A DNA stretch of 64,000 nucleotides, from positions 16,013 to 80,012 of the forward strand of contig CAZEWH010000003.1 of the NCBI GenBank assembly GCA_964515785.1, given 5' to 3'. Positions 60,123 through 64,000 of this stretch are shown one piece after another. The stretch comes from an uncultured Gammaproteobacteria bacterium (lineage in GTDB: Bacteria > Patescibacteriota > Patescibacteriia > UBA1558 > GWA2-36-10). The notes beneath the pieces were generated by a model, which saw only the letters and a list, made by a program, of their open reading frames with translations, was not told the origin of the DNA and did no database searches. Each line of letters begins with the position of its first letter. Within the stretch, counting starts at the first letter, position 1. A program made the translations under genes and the position numbers.

Positions 60123-61920
60123 TTTTTTCAGTAATATTTTCTAATTCCAGGTCTACTTCCAAATTTTTTATCTTGCTAAGCATATTATTACCCTGCCAAG
60201 CAAAAATCTGATAACTATCTATATCTTGATCTAGATAATAATAAAAACTAACCAAGCCATCTATTCCTAAGCCATAGTCTAAAGGCATATCAAAATAAGT
60301 ATTTTGATTATAAAATCTAATTAAATAATTTTTATCTTCTATGTTTTGCGTAATCTGCAAAATATTTTGTTTGTCTGTTTTTATAAGCTCCCAATCAGTT
60401 GGCTTGTCTACTATTTTATATAAATCTAAATTATTGTCTGCATGTTTATCTTTATGTTGCCATAATAATAAATTATTATTGACTTTTATTAAATTATAAT
60501 CTTTTAAAAATTCTCGCCATTTTCTTGGGGCCATATCTTTGACATCTTGCAAAAAAATACTACTGTCAAGCTCTGTTAAACAAGCTAAAAAGTCACTATA
60601 ATCTATAATTATAAAATCTACTTGAGGAGGGTCAAATTTTGCAGAATCTAGCTGACCTTCCCCAAAATAAGAATAACAAATCGGATATATATTTTGACGA
60701 CTACTAAAATTAGTTATTAATTTATCACTAATTATTAAAGAATCTGAGCCTGTAATTAAGCTTGAATAATTATTTATAATTTTCTGATAATCTTTGTCTG
60801 TTTGGTGAGCTAAAATATTTTTGATCGGCGAATAAAATATCAAAAAATACAAAGTACTAAAAGCTAACAATATAAAAATAATATTTTTGTATTTTTTATT
60901 AAATATTTTATTGACCCCAAAAATCAAAGCAATAAAAATGCCTGGCAACATACTCATAATATAATAACCAGAATAAACAATCACATCAAAACCACGCGCT
61001 GTCATCAAATATTGCAGTAGTGGAAATATCATTAAGCATAAATATTTGACACGCTTGAGTGGTATGAGTAATAAAGGCAATAAAACAAAAATAATCCCTA
61101 CTATATTTTGCCATTTGAATATATGTTGAATAACTTGAAGTGGGTGACTTAGCCAAGATAATAAAATACTCAGCAAACTATCTCCTCCTAGCCAAGCATA
61201 ATAAACCAAAAACTGACTACTATCTAAGGGCGAGAAAAAATTTATAGTTTTGTAAGCTATTACAAAATATATAACAGAAATAATTACTGGTGTTAAAATA
61301 TATTTTAATTTTTTCTTATCTATCAAGGCCAAGATACTAAAACCTGATGTTATCAAAAAAATATCTTCTCTAACTAATAAAGCTAAAATCAAAAATAATA
61401 TAAATATTTTAAAATTATTTTTTTTATAAAAATAAAATGCCCAAAATATAAAAAATGGCACCAGAGTAATAAGGTGAAATTCAAATAAATTTGCATTATG
61501 TATAAATGGATTAAGCAGCCATAGTATAGAAATAAATAATGCTAATAAATTATTTTTAAAAACTTTATTAGTAATCAAATATAAAGGCCAAGCAGCCAAA
61601 GCTAAAATAGAACTTTGTAATACTAATAAAATTTCTGGAGACTGCTTTATATAATAAAAAGGCAATAGCAAAAATATAATCGGTGTAAAATGATCAGCTA
61701 AATAGCTTTTTAAATTAACTGTATTAGCTAACAAATCTCCATGGATAGTGTTGAAAAAAGTTTGATTCAAAATTGCTAAATCTAGAATATTATAATCAAA
61801 ATTATAATATTTTTTTAGGCTCAAAAAACTAAATAAAATAATATAAGCTAGTATTAAAAGCCATAGTATTATCTTACCGGGGCCCCCCCGGGGGGGGGGG
61901 GGCGGGCCGCTTTTAGGCAA
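60109..61920 (-). CDS. DUF2079-like membrane protein (GT-C-like); 5' end uncertain
   Basis: DL.I.NQ..F, L.DHF.PI, LL.LQ, FEFH, LVRED; the start lies in a homopolymer-rich, likely unreliable stretch. Confidence 0.75.
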   Translation of the reverse strand: MPKSGPPPPPRGGPGKIILWLLILAYIILFSFLSLKKYYNFDYNILDLAILNQTFFNTIHGDLLANTVNLKSYLADHFTPIIFLLLPFYYIKQSPEILLVLQSSILALAAWPLYLITNKVFKNNLLALFISILWLLNPFIHNANLFEFHLITLVPFFIFWAFYFYKKNNFKIFILFLILALLVREDIFLITSGFSILALIDKKKLKYILTPVIISVIYFVIAYKTINFFSPLDSSQFLVYYAWLGGDSLLSILLSWLSHPLQVIQHIFKWQNIVGIIFVLLPLLLIPLKRVKYLCLMIFPLLQYLMTARGFDVIVYSGYYIMSMLPGIFIALIFGVNKIFNKKYKNIIFILLAFSTLYFLIFYSPIKNILAHQTDKDYQKIINNYSSLITGSDSLIISDKLITNFSSRQNIYPICYSYFGEGQLDSAKFDPPQVDFIIIDYSDFLACLTELDSSIFLQDVKDMAPRKWREFLKDYNLIKVNNNLLLWQHKDKHADNNLDLYKIVDKPTDWELIKTDKQNILQITQNIEDKNYLIRFYNQNTYFDMPLDYGLGIDGLVSFYYYLDQDIDSYQIFAWQGNNMLSKIKNLEVDLELENITEKINFQ

Positions 61921-62060
61921 TATTAAAAAAATATAAAAATTATAAAAAAAAAACTATTTTATCACCCCGCCCCCCCGCCGGGGGGCCCCCCCCCCGGACC
62001 TCACTATTTCAGCTAATTTATCCATTAATCTAATTATAGCAAATTATGAGAAATTATTTT

Positions 62061-62118
62061 AACATGTGGATGCGGAGTATCTTTATGTGTTGACAAAAGC
62101 CAAAAAATATGATATAAT
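62061..62118 (+). promoter_or_regulatory. Hairpin fused to consensus promoter of cassette K
   Basis: AACATGT..GATGC/GTATC..ATGTGTT; TTGACA(62090)-17-TATAAT(62113). Confidence 0.7.
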
Positions 62119-62189
62119 ACTATATTCATGAGACATTCATGGACAAATAGCTAAAACGGCTAAAACAGCCCTTTCCAAGGAGATAAATA

Positions 62190-62876
62190 ATGAAAGCCAT
62201 CAAAGTGATGTTGCTGCTACTTGCGTGCCTGAGCTTGCTCCTGGTGGGCTGTGGACAGCAAACCAGGACCACAAGTGGAGTCAAAATCGGTAGCTGGCCT
62301 CGTGGCAAAGATGCCACTGGAAGCAAGGTGATCGTCAGCGCCTCTTTTCAGAACAAATACAAATACCCCGTTGAGATCGCAATCAACAACGAGGATTTTG
62401 TTCTGATTCCGAGTGGTAAGAAATTTCCTTTCCGATTCAAGACTCATCACCAGGTCAGATATACTGTCCGGGCTGAAGTGGACAACGGCTATGATACCCA
62501 ACGTACCACAATCGAAGTCCAACGCTCCGGGCTATTCACCTACGGCGATGTGATTGTCATCAACGAAAACTTCATTCGCGATGCTTGTGAAGTGGTTGGT
62601 ATCATTACCAACAACCGCGGTTGGGAGATTACTTTCTGGCATTCTCAGGGTAGTAAACGCTGGGTCTTGAAACCTGGTCAGAGTACAGAGAAAATTACCA
62701 TTCTCTCTATTCCAACTACCTTCCACTGGGAGATCAGTGACCCTGACTACAGACAAAGTATGTTTGGAGTCAAGAGGCATCGGCCAACCTACTCTTATAA
62801 AGTCAATATCAATCAGAGCGCTGATTTTTACTGGCAGGGAGAGTGGCTCCACTGGCATTTTCCTCTTAATGATTGA
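62190..62876 (+). CDS. Putative lipoprotein (cassette K)
   Basis: MKAIK + hydrophobic stretch + LVGC lipobox; AAGGAG SD; GC-rich; terminator 62888-62925. Confidence 0.8.
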   Translation: MKAIKVMLLLLACLSLLLVGCGQQTRTTSGVKIGSWPRGKDATGSKVIVSASFQNKYKYPVEIAINNEDFVLIPSGKKFPFRFKTHHQVRYTVRAEVDNGYDTQRTTIEVQRSGLFTYGDVIVINENFIRDACEVVGIITNNRGWEITFWHSQGSKRWVLKPGQSTEKITILSIPTTFHWEISDPDYRQSMFGVKRHRPTYSYKVNINQSADFYWQGEWLHWHFPLND

Positions 62877-62933
62877 CACGGTCAATCAAAAACCCCTTCG
62901 TCTTCACGAAGGGGTTTCTTTTTTTATAAAAAA

Positions 62934-63314
62934 TTATGGTATTGGGTCTGGATTACCTTCACCGTCACCAATTACACCTTCAGATAACAAACCATCAAAG
63001 ACAAATTTGACAATGGCATAGGCAGCAATGACAATCACCAGACCAATCGTAGCATTGACCATGACTTCTTTAGCTTCTTTGATTTTATCAGCATTACCCA
63101 CTGAAGTCATCCAGGTCAAACCACCCCTAACAATCAAAATAACAAAAATCAAACCCAAGACAGAAAGAATAGTATTTATTATTTTATTTATCACTTCTGG
63201 TAATGATCCTTGAAACATACCTGCACCAGCTACATCCAAACCAAAATTAGCAGCATTGGCTGTAGTTGGAAGCAATAAAACAAATAAAATTATTTTGTTG
63301 ATAAATCGTTTCAT
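62934..63314 (-). CDS. TrbC/VirB2-like (CPR-type) pilin
   Basis: Signal peptide; IIN.IL..LG.......GG..WMTS.GN..K...AK....A.IGL. Confidence 0.85.
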   Translation of the reverse strand: MKRFINKIILFVLLLPTTANAANFGLDVAGAGMFQGSLPEVINKIINTILSVLGLIFVILIVRGGLTWMTSVGNADKIKEAKEVMVNATIGLVIVIAAYAIVKFVFDGLLSEGVIGDGEGNPDPIP

Positions 63315-63326
63315 AAAATTTGAAAT

Positions 63327-63379
63327 TTTAGTCCAAGCCCTAGTAGGCCAAAAAATGGCCTACTATAGTCTAGACTAAA
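63327..63379 (-). other. Long inter-pilin hairpin (3' stabiliser/partial terminator)
   Basis: TTTAGTCTAG...TAGTAGGCCA-TTTTT-TGGCCTACTA...TTGGACTAAA on the minus strand. Confidence 0.6.
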
Positions 63380-63392
63380 TATGTGCCTAAAA

Positions 63393-63746
63393 TTAAACTA
63401 CGTCGTCTTGTAATGAATTTAATACAAATCTGGCGATAGCGTAGGAGGATAAAATAATAACTAAACCAACAACGCCGGCTCCAATTAATTTTTTAGCTTC
63501 ATCTACTTTTTCAGTATTACCTTGAGAAGTCATCCATTTGAAACCACCCATCAAAATAATAACAGTAGCTAAAATGCCCAAGAAACCTAAAACAATATTA
63601 ATAATAGCAGCAATAGAGTCTCTTAGATTTTTGGTACCTAAATTTGTACCTGAATCTAGTAGATCATCAGTACCATATTGAGCCATAGCGTGTGGTGCTG
63701 CTAGCATAGGCATCACAACTAATAAAGAATAGTATAGTTTTTTCAT
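63393..63746 (-). CDS. TrbC/VirB2-like (CPR-type) pilin, probably the major subunit
   Basis: Same pilin motif; strong AGAAAGGGGGTGA SD. Confidence 0.88.
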   Translation of the reverse strand: MKKLYYSLLVVMPMLAAPHAMAQYGTDDLLDSGTNLGTKNLRDSIAAIINIVLGFLGILATVIILMGGFKWMTSQGNTEKVDEAKKLIGAGVVGLVIILSSYAIARFVLNSLQDDVV

Positions 63747-63826
63747 CTAGTCACCCCCTTTCTAAGGAAATTTAAATTTATTAATTATCTATATTATAAA
63801 ACAAATTAACTTTGAGGACAAGTTAC

Positions 63827-64000
63827 TTATCCAACCAGTGAAGTAAATAAAAAGTTCAAAATCACATAAGAAAAGAAAATAAAGGCCAAACCAAGTATGG
63901 CCCAAACAATAGTGTCTTTGCCTTTTTTGATCCTATCAGCATTACCCTGAGAGGTCATCCAAGTAATGCCACCCCAGACCAGATAAAACAAAGCAATGGC
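63827..64000 (-). CDS. TrbC/VirB2-like pilin, 3' part (gene starts beyond the window)
   Basis: ...WGGITWMTSQGNADRIKKGKDTIVWAILGL...VG-stop at 63827. Confidence 0.85.
   Translation of the reverse strand, partial: AIALFYLVWGGITWMTSQGNADRIKKGKDTIVWAILGLAFIFFSYVILNFLFTSLVG

Noticed and set aside
61878-61998. Functional G-quadruplex or Pro/Gly-rich N-terminus MPKSGPPPPPRGG
   Set aside because: Composition is alien to the genome and consistent with a sequencing artefact, so the predicted peptide is not trusted.

Overview
A 64 kb AT-rich bacterial chromosome segment, most likely from a Patescibacteria/CPR (Parcubacteria-like) organism. That assignment is inferred from the VirB2/TrbC-like pilin array, the PilB ATPase, the mostly SD-less or leaderless core genes and the gene content. 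Housekeeping genes include rpsA, ftsH, valS, tsaE/tsaD, trmB, glmS, nusA, hppA, tig, suhB, polA, holA, rpsT, truB, uvrB, a class A PBP, tyrS, ruvC and yebC, plus a glycogen cluster and 4 tRNAs (Glu, Cys, Leu, Gly). The main hidden pattern is a second gene class scattered between the core genes: 13 short cassettes (18 ORFs, mostly hypothetical). Nearly all are visibly GC-richer and carry their own sigma70 promoter, a boxA-like leader motif (about GTWC(A/C)TTT), an AGGAGG-type Shine-Dalgarno site and a terminator, whereas the core genes inspected have no SD. One cassette encodes a DGR-target-like protein and another a CoaD-CoaE fusion. Other observations: an unrecognised ~280-nt structured ncRNA (5432-5712, minus strand), a ~75-nt sRNA sharing a hairpin loop with the rpsA leader, an anticodon-domain-less AsnRS paralog behind a candidate Asn leader-peptide attenuator, a CarS-like lipid operon and several REP-like palindrome families. 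No integrase, transposase, reverse transcriptase or CRISPR array was found. Product calls come from motif recognition by eye; no database searches were run.
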